Assembly (NCBI GenBank): GCA_964426845.1
Contig: CAYRSA010000002.1
Span: 34,495 to 98,494, forward strand
DNA: 64,000 bases
Direction: 5' to 3'
Source: an uncultured Candidatus Saccharibacteria bacterium
Lineage (GTDB): Bacteria; Patescibacteriota; Saccharimonadia; Saccharimonadales; JAGQNJ01
This document shows, piece after piece, positions 53,494 through 63,408 of this stretch. The first letter of the stretch is position 1; the number at the start of each line of letters is the position of its first letter. The notes beneath the pieces were generated by a model. That model saw nothing but the letters and a program-made list of their open reading frames with translations, did not search any database and was not told where the DNA came from. The position numbers and the translations under genes are program-made.

Positions 53494-53759
53494 ACCTTCG
53501 TGAAACGCAGTACTTTTTGGGCGTCAACCTCGACAGTTTCCAGCCATGCTTTCACTGGCCGCAAAAAAACCAAGCCAGGCCCGTAGAGAGCTTGGTAGAC
53601 CACAGTTAACTCCATATCGCTCTCATTAATGGCGATACAAAGAACTTTGTAATCCTTTTGCTTGTAGTGCCGATAAGTGGCGCCGATCTCGATACGCTTG
53701 CAGGCCTCGTCAACCTCTCGTTGCAGGGCCGCTTCTGACTTGTGGTCATCCTCGGCCAT
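53490..53759 (-). CDS. DUF1653 domain protein
   Basis: YRHYK...Y.V......E.....VVYQALYG......RP...W pattern. Its ATG at 53759 lies 1 nt after the permease stop. Confidence 0.7.
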   Translation of the reverse strand: MAEDDHKSEAALQREVDEACKRIEIGATYRHYKQKDYKVLCIAINESDMELTVVYQALYGPGLVFLRPVKAWLETVEVDAQKVLRFTKV

Positions 53760-53760
53760 A

Positions 53761-54879
53761 CTATTCCCAGCGGAATGATCTGAAAGCAATGATATAGATA
53801 ACGATAATCCAGACACCGATAACCAACAACTGCGGACCTAGGTCGACCAGCGATTTGCCTTCGGTGACTACATAACGGATACTGTCGATAATCGGGGTCA
53901 GTGGAATGAACTTAGTTACTGACTGCAACCACTCTGGCATAAGAAAGACCGGAAAGAAAACGCCCGATAAGAACATCATTGGGAAAGTCACCAGCTGAGC
54001 TATCGGAGCGGCTTGATTCTCGTTCTTAGCCCATCCGCCAACCGCCAGGCCTATTCCGAAGAGCAGGGTGGCGCCTAGAACTACCACAGTTATGAAGCTG
54101 GGGTAATCGCCGCGCATATTGAGGTCAAAAACCAACACAGCCATCACAAACATCACTGCCACTGACAAAATACCGACAAAGGCATTGGAAATGACGTTAC
54201 CGGTGAAGTACTGCCAAACCTTGAGGGTTGTAGTGTGATAGCGGCGCAGAACGCCCTTCTCTTTTAGTCTCGGGAAAACTGTGGTCGGACCGAAAACGCC
54301 CAGCGACAACAGGGCAAAGCCCAGAAGTCCCGAGAAAGTGTAATCAAACCTGGTTAGGCCTTTTGTGGCCGTCGACTCGGTCCGTACCGAGAATGGTGTT
54401 TCGTTCTGGACAAACTGGGCGTTGATGTCTGTAAACATACCCTCAAGCACAGCTTTTAGAGTTTGGCCGGCTTGCTCATTATTCTGGTCATATAAAACCG
54501 TAATTTGGCCCGTCGGGTACTGACCGTTAGCGGCTATGTTGCCATAGTCTTCGGGTAGGATTAGGGTAGCGCTGACCTCACTGCGGTTCATTTTCTCGCG
54601 GGCTTGGTCCATGGTGGTAATTTCCTCGTCAACATCCAAGAACTCTGCGGCCTTGGCCTGCTCGACAAACTTCCCGGCTACTTCACTGTTTGACTGATTA
54701 ATAAGCGCTACTTTGAAGTTGACGTTGTCGTCGCCACCGAAGATGGTGCCAAAGACAAACAAGAAGATTAATGGGAAAATAAAGACAAAGAAAATTGCAA
54801 CTTTGTCGCGGAAAAGCCGCTTAACATCGATGGGTACGAAAACTTTAATCGGTAGCAAGGCCTTGCGGAGCTTTTTCAT
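53761..54879 (-). CDS. ABC-2 type transporter permease
   Basis: Six TM helices with a large first extracytoplasmic loop. Follows the ATPase gene. Confidence 0.85.
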   Translation of the reverse strand: MKKLRKALLPIKVFVPIDVKRLFRDKVAIFFVFIFPLIFLFVFGTIFGGDDNVNFKVALINQSNSEVAGKFVEQAKAAEFLDVDEEITTMDQAREKMNRSEVSATLILPEDYGNIAANGQYPTGQITVLYDQNNEQAGQTLKAVLEGMFTDINAQFVQNETPFSVRTESTATKGLTRFDYTFSGLLGFALLSLGVFGPTTVFPRLKEKGVLRRYHTTTLKVWQYFTGNVISNAFVGILSVAVMFVMAVLVFDLNMRGDYPSFITVVVLGATLLFGIGLAVGGWAKNENQAAPIAQLVTFPMMFLSGVFFPVFLMPEWLQSVTKFIPLTPIIDSIRYVVTEGKSLVDLGPQLLVIGVWIIVIYIIAFRSFRWE

Positions 54880-54880
54880 A

Positions 54881-55639
54881 CTAGTCCCGTAGGTCCTTTC
54901 CGGTCAGATCGATGAAGACATCTTCCAGATTAGCCTGCTCGACATGTTGCTCCTTCTTAAAGCCTTTTTTAAGCAGATTCTTAATCAAATTCTTAGGAGT
55001 GTCCATGGCAATAATCTTGCCGTTATCCATTACTGCTACCCGATCGCACAACATTTCAGCTTCGTCCATGTAGTGAGTGGTCATAATCACCGTCACCCCG
55101 CGCTTCTTAACGTCTTTTATCAGGCCCCAGAGGTTGCGGCGAGCTTGGGGGTCTAGACCGGTGGTCGGCTCATCCAAGAAAAACACCTTTGGCCCGTGCA
55201 CTAGGGCAGCAGCGATACTAAAACGTTGTTTCTGGCCACCAGATAACTGCTCGACGTAGCTATTGGCCTTATCTTCTAGTTGGACGTCTTTTAAGAACTT
55301 TCGGGGGTTAACAGTTTCACCATAAGTAGCCGAGAAGAATCTAATCAACTCTGTTAGTTTAGTCTTCTCTTCGAAAGACGGAGACTGGGGCTGAACACCG
55401 ATCAAGGCTTTGACTTTCTCGGCGTCTTGAGACACGTCCAGGCCATCTAGGATGGCCGTACCGCCGTCGATCGGACGTAGGGTCTCGATCATCTCCAGAG
55501 TAGTTGTCTTGCCAGCGCCATTAGGTCCAAGGATACCGAAGACCTCACCCTCTTCAACAGAGAAGCTGATATCTTTAACGACAGTTTTCTTGCCGTACTT
55601 TTTGCGTAGCTTGGTAACCTCAACAATAGTTTTCGCCAT
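54881..55639 (-). CDS. ABC transporter ATP-binding protein
   Basis: Walker A GPNGAGKTT, signature LSGGQKQR, and Walker B FFLDEPT. GGAG sits 6 nt before the ATG at 55639. Confidence 0.92.
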   Translation of the reverse strand: MAKTIVEVTKLRKKYGKKTVVKDISFSVEEGEVFGILGPNGAGKTTTLEMIETLRPIDGGTAILDGLDVSQDAEKVKALIGVQPQSPSFEEKTKLTELIRFFSATYGETVNPRKFLKDVQLEDKANSYVEQLSGGQKQRFSIAAALVHGPKVFFLDEPTTGLDPQARRNLWGLIKDVKKRGVTVIMTTHYMDEAEMLCDRVAVMDNGKIIAMDTPKNLIKNLLKKGFKKEQHVEQANLEDVFIDLTGKDLRD

Positions 55640-55705
55640 GAATCTCCATTGTATCAAAAACCAAAAGACGCCCCAAGGGGGCGCCCTTACCGGTGAAAAG
55701 CTATG

Positions 55706-55903
55706 TTAAACTTTTTTCTTAACTGTTAGGAAACCGTTTCGTGGGTTCTCTGTTACTTCTTTGCCATCAGGAAGATCGCAAGCCTCTGGGCGTTGGTCCT
55801 TACTGAAGTAGTAAATTGTCTGTGTCTTGCCGCCGCGTAGGACAACGTCTTTGCTGTTTAGGTAGTATGTAACACCCTTACTGTTTGTGTGGCTGTATCC
55901 CAT
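55706..55903 (-). CDS. small hypothetical protein (65 aa)
   Basis: Has its own promoter and a GAGAGGGAG RBS. Confidence 0.5.
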   Translation of the reverse strand: MGYSHTNSKGVTYYLNSKDVVLRGGKTQTIYYFSKDQRPEACDLPDGKEVTENPRNGFLTVKKKV

Positions 55904-55941
55904 AGGAATCTCCCTCTCTCTTAAATTACCTTAGTATCACC

Positions 55942-55971
55942 ACCATACTCCAGGGGTAAATTGTTTGTCAA
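55942..55971 (-). promoter_or_regulatory. promoter of the 65-aa gene
   Basis: On the minus strand: TTGACA (55971-55966), an 18-nt spacer, TATGGT (55947-55942). Confidence 0.5.
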
Positions 55972-56042
55972 CCCTTGTAAGATGAAAAAATGCTGGTTTT
56001 AAAGGGTTAGCTAATGGTTGTCGCCAAATTTAACAGAGGTGG

Positions 56043-56663
56043 CTAATCACTTGCCCGCAGGCGGTGCTTGAACCATTTTTCCAGGGTAAAACGTACAACG
56101 AACAGTAAAAAACAGATAAAGGCCAGTAGTAAGCTAATACCGGCTAGATCTGGTGACCAAACTGGGGAGACGAAGTCGAATTTATAGAGGGCGTCGGGAA
56201 TTTGACTCTGGGTAACTCCGTGACTGCTGACGTATTGCTCGATGCAACTAATCCGGCCGCCACCGGAGGCGCCGACTTGGCCGGCTGGGAATTGACGCTC
56301 ACACTCGGCCTGAGCCTGGGTATACACGCCACCACTAGCCGCGTCTACCCTGGCCTTCTCGGCCTCGACCAAGCGATCGTATCTATACTTCAGCTGAATC
56401 GGCTGTTGGACTCCCGTACCAGATGACAGGTCGGCGTTCATATGGGAGTAAATGTGCTCCCTTAAAGCTCTTAGGGGCGTCTCAACGTCGCCATTCTCCA
56501 TGTCAGCCTTAGTCACCACTTCGCGCAGTTCAATGGACCTCAAATTATTCTGGCGCATAGCGTAGACGCCGATAACTGCGAAGCCGGCTGCTAGCCCTAA
56601 GAATATCCAGGCATTTATGGGTCGCAGCCGTCGCCAAACATGATGCAAGTGACGCTTATCCAT
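56043..56663 (-). CDS. hypothetical bitopic membrane protein
   Basis: TM helices at both the N- and C-termini, with an extracytoplasmic central part. Confidence 0.55.
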   Translation of the reverse strand: MDKRHLHHVWRRLRPINAWIFLGLAAGFAVIGVYAMRQNNLRSIELREVVTKADMENGDVETPLRALREHIYSHMNADLSSGTGVQQPIQLKYRYDRLVEAEKARVDAASGGVYTQAQAECERQFPAGQVGASGGGRISCIEQYVSSHGVTQSQIPDALYKFDFVSPVWSPDLAGISLLLAFICFLLFVVRFTLEKWFKHRLRASD

Positions 56664-56710
56664 TAACTCTTATGGTAACTCCTTTGGGCGCGGAATGGTA
56701 GACTATAGTC

Positions 56711-57997
56711 ATGCATATCTTCTTTAGCGGCATCGGTGGCACAGGTATTGGACCGCTGGCTCTGATCGCCAGACAAGCTGGTTACACGGTCTCTGGCTCA
56801 GACAAGCAAGACTCGCAGTATATTAAGTATCTGCGCGACAAGGGTATCACTAATGTGTATATCGGCCAGACTGAAAAAGCTATCGCGGCCGCGCATGCTA
56901 AGAATCCAATCGATTGGTACGTTTACTCCTCAGCTGTCGGCCGGGAGGACGCCGAGCATCCTGAACTGAAATTTGTCGAGGCCGAAGGCATCCGCAAGAG
57001 CAAACGTGATGAGTTACTGAATCAGATTCTAAAAGATAAGAAACTCAAGCTGTTTGCCGTAGCCGGCACCCACGGCAAGACCACTACTACAGCCATGGCT
57101 ATATGGCTATTCAAGCAGCTAAAAGTGCCGGTCAGCTATTCAGTTGGAGCTAAGCTTAGCTTTGGTGACATGGGCCACTACGAGCCTGGTTCAGAATACT
57201 TCATCTACGAAGCCGACGAGTTTGACCGCAACTTCCTAACCTTTCACCCGCACCTAAGCATCATCACTGGGATTGGCTGGGACCACCCCGACATTTTCCC
57301 AACCGAGGAGGAGTACTACGCGGCTTTCCGACAATTCTTAGACCAGAGCGAATACGCTTTTATATGGAATGACGATGCCGCAACGCTTGGTTTAACTGAG
57401 TCGACAGCCAAAATGAGCATCATTCACAAGTCCGACTACGTCAACTTCACTCAGATCGGAGCCGTCAACCGTGAAGACGCCGCCCTTGCCACCCAGGGCG
57501 TAATGGATATCTTACAAAAAGAAGATATTACTGAACTCACCGACCTGATGAACACCTTCCCGGGTGTTAGCCGTCGCTTTGAAGAGATTGCCAAGAATGT
57601 TTATAGCGATTACGCCCATACACCCGAGAAAATCCGTGGGGCCCTACAGTTGGCCCGCGAAGTCGCCGGCCAAAATGTCGTCGTGGTCTACGAAGGCCTG
57701 CACAATACAAGGCAACACTTCATTAAAGATGACTTAGGCCGGTTGTTTGAAGGCACCAAAAAGTTATATATCGTACCGAGTTACCGAGCGCGTGAGGACG
57801 AGTCGCTAGAGGACTTAACGCCGTCGAAGCTAGCTGAACTTATCAATACGCCTAAAGATATCGAGCCATCAAAACTGGACGATACTCTTAAGCATAAGCT
57901 TGCCCAGCACGCCCAAGCTGGCGACCTAGTATTGTGTCTCAGCGCTGGTGGTGGCGGCTCGTTGGATGAATGGATCCGCCAAGGATTTAGTCAATAA
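56711..57997 (+). CDS. murC: Mur ligase family, UDP-N-acetylmuramate--L-alanine ligase (MurC) or Mpl-like
   Basis: N-terminal FSGIGGTG Rossmann fold and the GTHGKTTTT P-loop. Confidence 0.75.
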   Translation: MHIFFSGIGGTGIGPLALIARQAGYTVSGSDKQDSQYIKYLRDKGITNVYIGQTEKAIAAAHAKNPIDWYVYSSAVGREDAEHPELKFVEAEGIRKSKRDELLNQILKDKKLKLFAVAGTHGKTTTTAMAIWLFKQLKVPVSYSVGAKLSFGDMGHYEPGSEYFIYEADEFDRNFLTFHPHLSIITGIGWDHPDIFPTEEEYYAAFRQFLDQSEYAFIWNDDAATLGLTESTAKMSIIHKSDYVNFTQIGAVNREDAALATQGVMDILQKEDITELTDLMNTFPGVSRRFEEIAKNVYSDYAHTPEKIRGALQLAREVAGQNVVVVYEGLHNTRQHFIKDDLGRLFEGTKKLYIVPSYRAREDESLEDLTPSKLAELINTPKDIEPSKLDDTLKHKLAQHAQAGDLVLCLSAGGGGSLDEWIRQGFSQ

Positions 57998-58595
57998 CCA
58001 GGCCGCTGGCTTCGTCGATTTTGACCGAGCCCTGCCGCACTATTTCAACAGCGTCATCGACAATTCGAATAATCGTCGAGGCTTCGCGCTTGGACAGGTC
58101 ACCGCCATCCACGTAAAAATCGACTTGATCTTTGAAATATTTCTCGGCTTGGTTAATTGTGCTAGCTTGTGGCTCGCCGGGGTGATTAGCACTAGTCGTC
58201 AGTACTGGCCCGGTCTCCTCTAGTAACCGCTGTAACTTTTCGTCTTTGGGAATACGGCAAGCCAGAGAGAACTTGCCGAGGTGCAAGTAGCTAAGGTTTG
58301 CTTCGGCCGGTACAATAATGCTTACCGAACCCGGCCAGTATTGCTCGACCGGCTTGAGATAACGACGCGGTATACCAAGATCTACTAGCTGGTTAATGCT
58401 GGCGGCGATGATGGTACCTGGTTTCTTGTCGCGGGACTTCAGACTATAAACTCGACCGGCAGCCTCTTGGTTTCCGGCGGCGGCTACTAATCCGTAAATT
58501 GTATCGGTCGGCAGGACGCCAACTGCGCCGCCTCTGATTAACTCGATTAATTTGGTGTTGTCTAGGCTTTTAAATTGTTGCAAACCGTTGACCAT
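57987..58595 (-). CDS. tsaC: L-threonylcarbamoyladenylate synthase (TsaC/YrdC family)
   Basis: LPTDTIYGL and TSAN..G motifs. Confidence 0.88.
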   Translation of the reverse strand: MVNGLQQFKSLDNTKLIELIRGGAVGVLPTDTIYGLVAAAGNQEAAGRVYSLKSRDKKPGTIIAASINQLVDLGIPRRYLKPVEQYWPGSVSIIVPAEANLSYLHLGKFSLACRIPKDEKLQRLLEETGPVLTTSANHPGEPQASTINQAEKYFKDQVDFYVDGGDLSKREASTIIRIVDDAVEIVRQGSVKIDEASGLVID

Positions 58596-58610
58596 TATAT
58601 ACTGTTATTA

Positions 58611-59492
58611 ATGTTAGAACAGGTGGGACAACGAATCTCCGACAGTTGGAGCGAAGTCTGGGCAGTAATGGCCCAGTGGTTCGTGGAACACGCCCTCAAT
58701 ATTGTTGTCATCTTAGTACTGGGCTGGATTGCCCGAATACTGTTGACCAAGCTGGTTCGTAACATCGTCAAACAGACCGTTCGCCACGATCTCTTCCCTA
58801 CTGAGGCCGATCGCAAAAAGCGCCTACAGACCCTGGACGGTCTAGTCGGCACCGTCGTTAAGATTATTGTTTGGGTGGTGGTCACAGTTATGTTAATTAA
58901 CGAGCTCGGTATCAACACCGGCCCGCTGATTGCTAGCGCCGGAATTATCGGTATCGTGGTTGGTTTCGGAGCTCAGACCCTAATCAAGGACTTTACCAGC
59001 GGCTTGTTTATTATTGCCGAGAACCAGTACCGTGTCGGCGATACTATCGAGATTAACGATATTACTGGGGTTGTCGAGGAAATCACCATTCGCACCACCG
59101 TCCTGCGTGACATTAACGGCTATTTGCACCACATACCCAATGGCAGTATTGAAGTCACTACCAACATGACTATGGACTACGCTAAACTGCACGAGAACAT
59201 TACCGTCGACACCGACACCGACATTGAACTGCTAGAGCACGTTATCAACCACGTTGGCGAGCAATTAGCCAGCAAGCCGGACATGCACAAGCTGATCATC
59301 GAGCCGCCACAATTCGTCCGGGTGACTGGCTTTAATAACGAAGGCCTAGCTATTAAGATTATCGGTAAGACTAAACCCGGTGATCAGTGGAAGGTTCAAG
59401 GCGAATTCTACAAACAGCTTAAAAAAGCCTTCGAAAAGCACGGCATTAAAGTTCCTCATCAACCCTTACTGGTGGCTAAGCCGAAGCCTTAA
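58611..59492 (+). CDS. mechanosensitive ion channel (MscS family)
   Basis: Three TM helices followed by ...F.I..N.YRVGD.I.I....G.VEEI..R.T. The ATG at 58611 is preceded by TTGTTG, 17 nt, TATACT, then 7 nt. Confidence 0.85.
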   Translation: MLEQVGQRISDSWSEVWAVMAQWFVEHALNIVVILVLGWIARILLTKLVRNIVKQTVRHDLFPTEADRKKRLQTLDGLVGTVVKIIVWVVVTVMLINELGINTGPLIASAGIIGIVVGFGAQTLIKDFTSGLFIIAENQYRVGDTIEINDITGVVEEITIRTTVLRDINGYLHHIPNGSIEVTTNMTMDYAKLHENITVDTDTDIELLEHVINHVGEQLASKPDMHKLIIEPPQFVRVTGFNNEGLAIKIIGKTKPGDQWKVQGEFYKQLKKAFEKHGIKVPHQPLLVAKPKP

Positions 59493-60027
59493 GCCAATTC
59501 AAGAACTTTTTATTTTTTCTCAGCTCAGCCAGTTGATCTTTACACCAGTAGGAGTACTTGTTGCCCTTGTCGGCCAGTAGGTCTTCAGAATACTCATCCC
59601 AAGTCATCCAGGTTAAATCTTCGACTTCATCGGCATTGGGCTGAGGCTGGCTGGTGAGGCGGGCTACATAAACTGGACAAAGCTCGTTTTCAATAATTCC
59701 TTTGAACGGCGGGGTCTTATAACGGTAATCTGGTAAGATGGCCTCAAAATCCTGGGCCGTCATGCCCAGCTCGTAATCCAGGCGCCTGTTTATAGCGTCA
59801 ACTACGTTCTCGCCGGGTCCCGGGTGCCCGCATACGGTGTTGGTCCAAACTCCGGGCCATACTTTCTTTTTCAAGGCCCGCTGAGTAACTAAGACCTGGC
59901 CTTTGTCGTTAAATACATAGCAAGAAAAGCCCCGGTGCAAGGGTGTATTAGCATGGTGCGATGATAGTTTCTCGGCTGTGCCGATAGGCACGTTGCCATC
60001 ATCGACTAGAACGATTAGTTCCGACAA
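59476..60027 (-). CDS. idi: isopentenyl-diphosphate delta-isomerase, type 1 (Nudix)
   Basis: LH.GFS.....KGQ.LVT.RAL.KK.WPGVWTN..CGHP pattern. Confidence 0.92.
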   Translation of the reverse strand: MSELIVLVDDGNVPIGTAEKLSSHHANTPLHRGFSCYVFNDKGQVLVTQRALKKKVWPGVWTNTVCGHPGPGENVVDAINRRLDYELGMTAQDFEAILPDYRYKTPPFKGIIENELCPVYVARLTSQPQPNADEVEDLTWMTWDEYSEDLLADKGNKYSYWCKDQLAELRKNKKFLNWLKASA

Positions 60028-60029
60028 GT

Positions 60030-60494
60030 CTATAGACCTAGATTAGCATCACTGACGTCATTCGGAGTAACATCGGTAGAGTCATTTAGAGTGTTGAGGG
60101 TTTGGTCGATGCCGGTAATAGTAGCGTCAATCTCTTCGACGTCAACTCGCTCGACTTGGTTATCGGTTTGGCTGGTGGCTGGAGCTGGCTTGTTACTGTT
60201 CTTGTACCAGATAAAGCCGCCGACACCTAAGCCAATTAATAAAACGACCACACCTGAAACGATGGCTATAACTAGGCCTGGCCGTTTCCTCCTCATCTTA
60301 ATTGGTTTAGTTTGTTGCAGAGGTTCTTGGCCCGTAGCCTGGCCGGGGTCGGGTGTCATACTGGTAATGCTGTCTGCCGGGGCCATAGGATTATCCATAG
60401 GACTACTGACTTCTGATGGGGCTGGGTTGGGACGTGGCCGCTGAACGTCCATGACTGGTCCTGATGGTTGGGGTGTTTTTGACTGAGGATTCAT
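60030..60494 (-). CDS. hypothetical Pro-rich, single-TM protein
   Basis: Operonic with the two upstream genes (1-nt overlap). Confidence 0.5.
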   Translation of the reverse strand: MNPQSKTPQPSGPVMDVQRPRPNPAPSEVSSPMDNPMAPADSITSMTPDPGQATGQEPLQQTKPIKMRRKRPGLVIAIVSGVVVLLIGLGVGGFIWYKNSNKPAPATSQTDNQVERVDVEEIDATITGIDQTLNTLNDSTDVTPNDVSDANLGL

Positions 60495-61138
60495 TATTGG
60501 CTTCCCCCTACTGTTCGGCCGGCAGCAATCTGGTCGCGCACCTGCACCAAAGTTGGTTTAACAGTGTTAGTTATATAGGCTCTGATGTCGGCAATTTGTG
60601 GCTGGACAGCTTGGTGAGCCTTGCGAGCGGCCTGCAATGTTGCCGCGAAGGCTACTGGATCGTTCATGCAATCAATAGTGGCCAGATCGTTAACCGCTAG
60701 GTAGTAATTATTCATACCAACCTTAAAGGCGTCGACTTTAGCTTGCAGAGCGTCAATATTCTCTTTCAAAGCCGTTGTTTCATAGGCTTGGTTCTCGAGT
60801 CGGCCCAATAAGACATTAAGGTCGCCTAAGATCTTGTCGTAGGCTGTATTACGAGCTTTTTGAACACCGGCCAGCCGAGTCGCCAGTGTCTTAGCATTAG
60901 CCTGAGCCACGCTACAGCGTAGTTTAATCTTGTCCTGCTCACCCTTCTTGATATCTTCTACTAGGTCGGCTTTGTAGGCCGCCACTCTCTGGGCCTGGGC
61001 ACTATCTGGTTGAGTCTGAGCTTGGGTAGGCGGAGCGTAATGGCTTTCTAGGCTAAGTACGGGGACAATCACAGCAGCCGGCAACAACAAGAGAGTTACC
61101 AACACTTTACCCAATTTATTAACCCGCTTTTCAGACAT
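60494..61138 (-). CDS. hypothetical secreted coiled-coil protein
   Basis: N-terminal signal/anchor and a helical repeat character. Confidence 0.5.
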   Translation of the reverse strand: MSEKRVNKLGKVLVTLLLLPAAVIVPVLSLESHYAPPTQAQTQPDSAQAQRVAAYKADLVEDIKKGEQDKIKLRCSVAQANAKTLATRLAGVQKARNTAYDKILGDLNVLLGRLENQAYETTALKENIDALQAKVDAFKVGMNNYYLAVNDLATIDCMNDPVAFAATLQAARKAHQAVQPQIADIRAYITNTVKPTLVQVRDQIAAGRTVGGSQ

Positions 61139-61203
61139 AAGCTATTTGCTATTGTACTCCACCCGCTTTAGATTAGCCAAGTAGTACGTGTAGTAATTAT
61201 TAA

Positions 61204-63063
61204 CTAGTAATAATACCAGCTGTCGATGCCGGCGGTATTGGTTACATTGACAATTTTCTTAGGCTGTCCGCCGTTGGTACTGACTACGTAGTCCGCGGTC
61301 TCGGTGTCATTATTGATTCGGTAGACGGCCGTGGTGTCATTAAGCCAGCGAACTGGATAGCTTAGGCCGCTTTGACCAACCAAAACTTTGTCTTCTTTTT
61401 TGGCCAGGTCAAAACTAATCAACACGCCTTTTCCGTCGCGCTCATCTACCCACAAACTTTGGCTATTATTAGCATTGTTAGTGTATACTCGGGTTCTTTG
61501 ATCGGCCGGTGGGCCACCAATTCGAGCCACCTGGGCCGCGCCCAACTTGAGTTCGTACCAGTCCTTGCCTGTCGACAAAGTAATGGTGTCGTAATTAGAG
61601 CGAATCATACTCCAAACTTCCTGATCCAAAAGTTTCTTGATTTCTGTACCGCTGGCGTTAGACATGTAGAAACCGACGGTCGTGCTGTCGTTGGCCTCTC
61701 CGCCCACCGATGCTTCTGTTGCCGGCGCGTAGTAAACCTTGTCACCAGCCACGATAACGTCGTTAAAGTAGGTGGCCGAGGTAATATCTAGTTTTTGGCC
61801 GGTTTCCAAGTTATAGCTGACCAGCCGTTGCTTTTTGGCTCCGTTGGCTGGTGCCTGCTCGCTGACCACAATATATACGAGAGTATTTTCAATCCAGCCG
61901 GCCACTTGAATGCGATCACCGCTGTCTAATTTTTTGACCTTGTTATCGCTCAGGTTAACGATATTTAGGGTGCTTAGGAGTGTACCGTCTGAAGATCGTT
62001 GATTGTCTCTGGTTGATACCAGGGCGACATTATTGCCAGACGGTTGGGGCGACAAGATGATGTCGTCGCGCTCGTAGCCTGTACCCGACAAGACTAAGGT
62101 CTCGCCCTGGCCATCGGCATAAATTTTATACAGGTCATACTTGCCGGAGCGCTTACTAATGAAGGCCTGCTCCTGGGCCGGCACCATCTTGACTGGTTTA
62201 TCCATGACACTCTCGGCTGTCTCGGTCAGTTTCTCTTCGCGGTAGCCATTGGCCTTGATGGTGATGTCGACAGGCTCATCTGAAGTTGTGTCTAGGGTCA
62301 GGATAATCTTGCCTTCTTTGTCCGAGAAAGCGCTGGCGTCCCCGCTAATGGCCTCGGCTTTTTCCAAAGGCTTGCCAGATAGGAAATCGGTGACAATAAA
62401 TGAGTACTGCAGTCCCTCGGGATCAAGAATGACTTCGCCGTAAGGGTTGCTGCCCCAGCCAACAGTCACTGGCTTTTCTGAAGTTGTAAAGGCCTTACGC
62501 TTAACTACCAGGGTCGTCTTGCCTAGTCTGACTTTCTCTAATTTTACATAGCCGTCTTGGTTGGTCACCCCACTGGCATTATTCAACTGGACCTCGACAT
62601 TCTTAAGGGGTTGCCGAGAATCGTTATCGATAACTATTACCGAAGCGCTGCTTCGTACTCCAGCTGTGTTGAGCATGAAGTAGCGAGTCTGAGGGTAGAC
62701 AGCCGCTCCCACAACCAGCAATAAGACAATAATGATAGTTGCCCATCGGGCCTTTTTGTTTTCCCACCAGCTACGGAAGAAATGCCTAATCCCACCTTTT
62801 GTTTTCGGTCGGGGGGGTTTGTCAGCGTTCTCGTCCTGGGTTAGAGCATCGCTGGCCTGTTTGGCTGTCTCATCATCGCTGACATCGTCTATTGTTTCTT
62901 CTTTAGGTTCAGGCTTCGGAAGGTCTTTTGGCGTTTCCTTCGGGGTCTTTTCCGCTTCTTTAGGCACAGCCCCCGGCCCAACCTTAGTATTTATTACTGG
63001 CGGCGCCCCGGGCAATTCTGTGTTTTTTTCATCTTTCATAAGCTTTCCGATTACCATAAGCAT
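61204..63063 (-). CDS. membrane-anchored protein with carboxypeptidase-regulatory-like (PEGA-like) domains and a PD40/TolB-like beta-propeller region
   Basis: TM helix near residue 110; V.V.D......L.NV.V......G.TN.DG.V.L segments; D.Y......G....LS repeats. The start is uncertain (alternative ATG at 63039). Confidence 0.6.
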   Translation of the reverse strand: MLMVIGKLMKDEKNTELPGAPPVINTKVGPGAVPKEAEKTPKETPKDLPKPEPKEETIDDVSDDETAKQASDALTQDENADKPPRPKTKGGIRHFFRSWWENKKARWATIIIVLLLVVGAAVYPQTRYFMLNTAGVRSSASVIVIDNDSRQPLKNVEVQLNNASGVTNQDGYVKLEKVRLGKTTLVVKRKAFTTSEKPVTVGWGSNPYGEVILDPEGLQYSFIVTDFLSGKPLEKAEAISGDASAFSDKEGKIILTLDTTSDEPVDITIKANGYREEKLTETAESVMDKPVKMVPAQEQAFISKRSGKYDLYKIYADGQGETLVLSGTGYERDDIILSPQPSGNNVALVSTRDNQRSSDGTLLSTLNIVNLSDNKVKKLDSGDRIQVAGWIENTLVYIVVSEQAPANGAKKQRLVSYNLETGQKLDITSATYFNDVIVAGDKVYYAPATEASVGGEANDSTTVGFYMSNASGTEIKKLLDQEVWSMIRSNYDTITLSTGKDWYELKLGAAQVARIGGPPADQRTRVYTNNANNSQSLWVDERDGKGVLISFDLAKKEDKVLVGQSGLSYPVRWLNDTTAVYRINNDTETADYVVSTNGGQPKKIVNVTNTAGIDSWYYY

Positions 63064-63102
63064 ATCAGATTAGCCCGCCTCTGTAACTAGTTTTCGCCAG
63101 TC

Positions 63103-63408
63103 CTAGCCACCAACCGCCCATTGGCTTAGGGGTATATAGAATATGGCAATTACTGCCAGAATTGCTGCTAAGCCAATAATGCCGACGTCCGGACTCAGCT
63201 TTTTTTGGTAAACCACTATGGTGTAGGCAACAACTGCTACGGCGTTAACGATACCCAGCAATAAAAACAGCAGATCTGGTAGCAACGAACCGAATATAGC
63301 CGGGTCACCAGACCGGTAGCGAGAATAGTAAAACTCTATCGAGCAAGCCCACACAAACATGGCTATCTGCAGGGCTAAACTGGCCTTTATGATCCATAAT
63401 CTTTTCAT
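63103..63408 (-). CDS. small three-TM membrane protein
   Basis: Hydrophobic 101-aa ORF with a 4-nt overlap with the upstream gene. Confidence 0.5.
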   Translation of the reverse strand: MKRLWIIKASLALQIAMFVWACSIEFYYSRYRSGDPAIFGSLLPDLLFLLLGIVNAVAVVAYTIVVYQKKLSPDVGIIGLAAILAVIAIFYIPLSQWAVGG

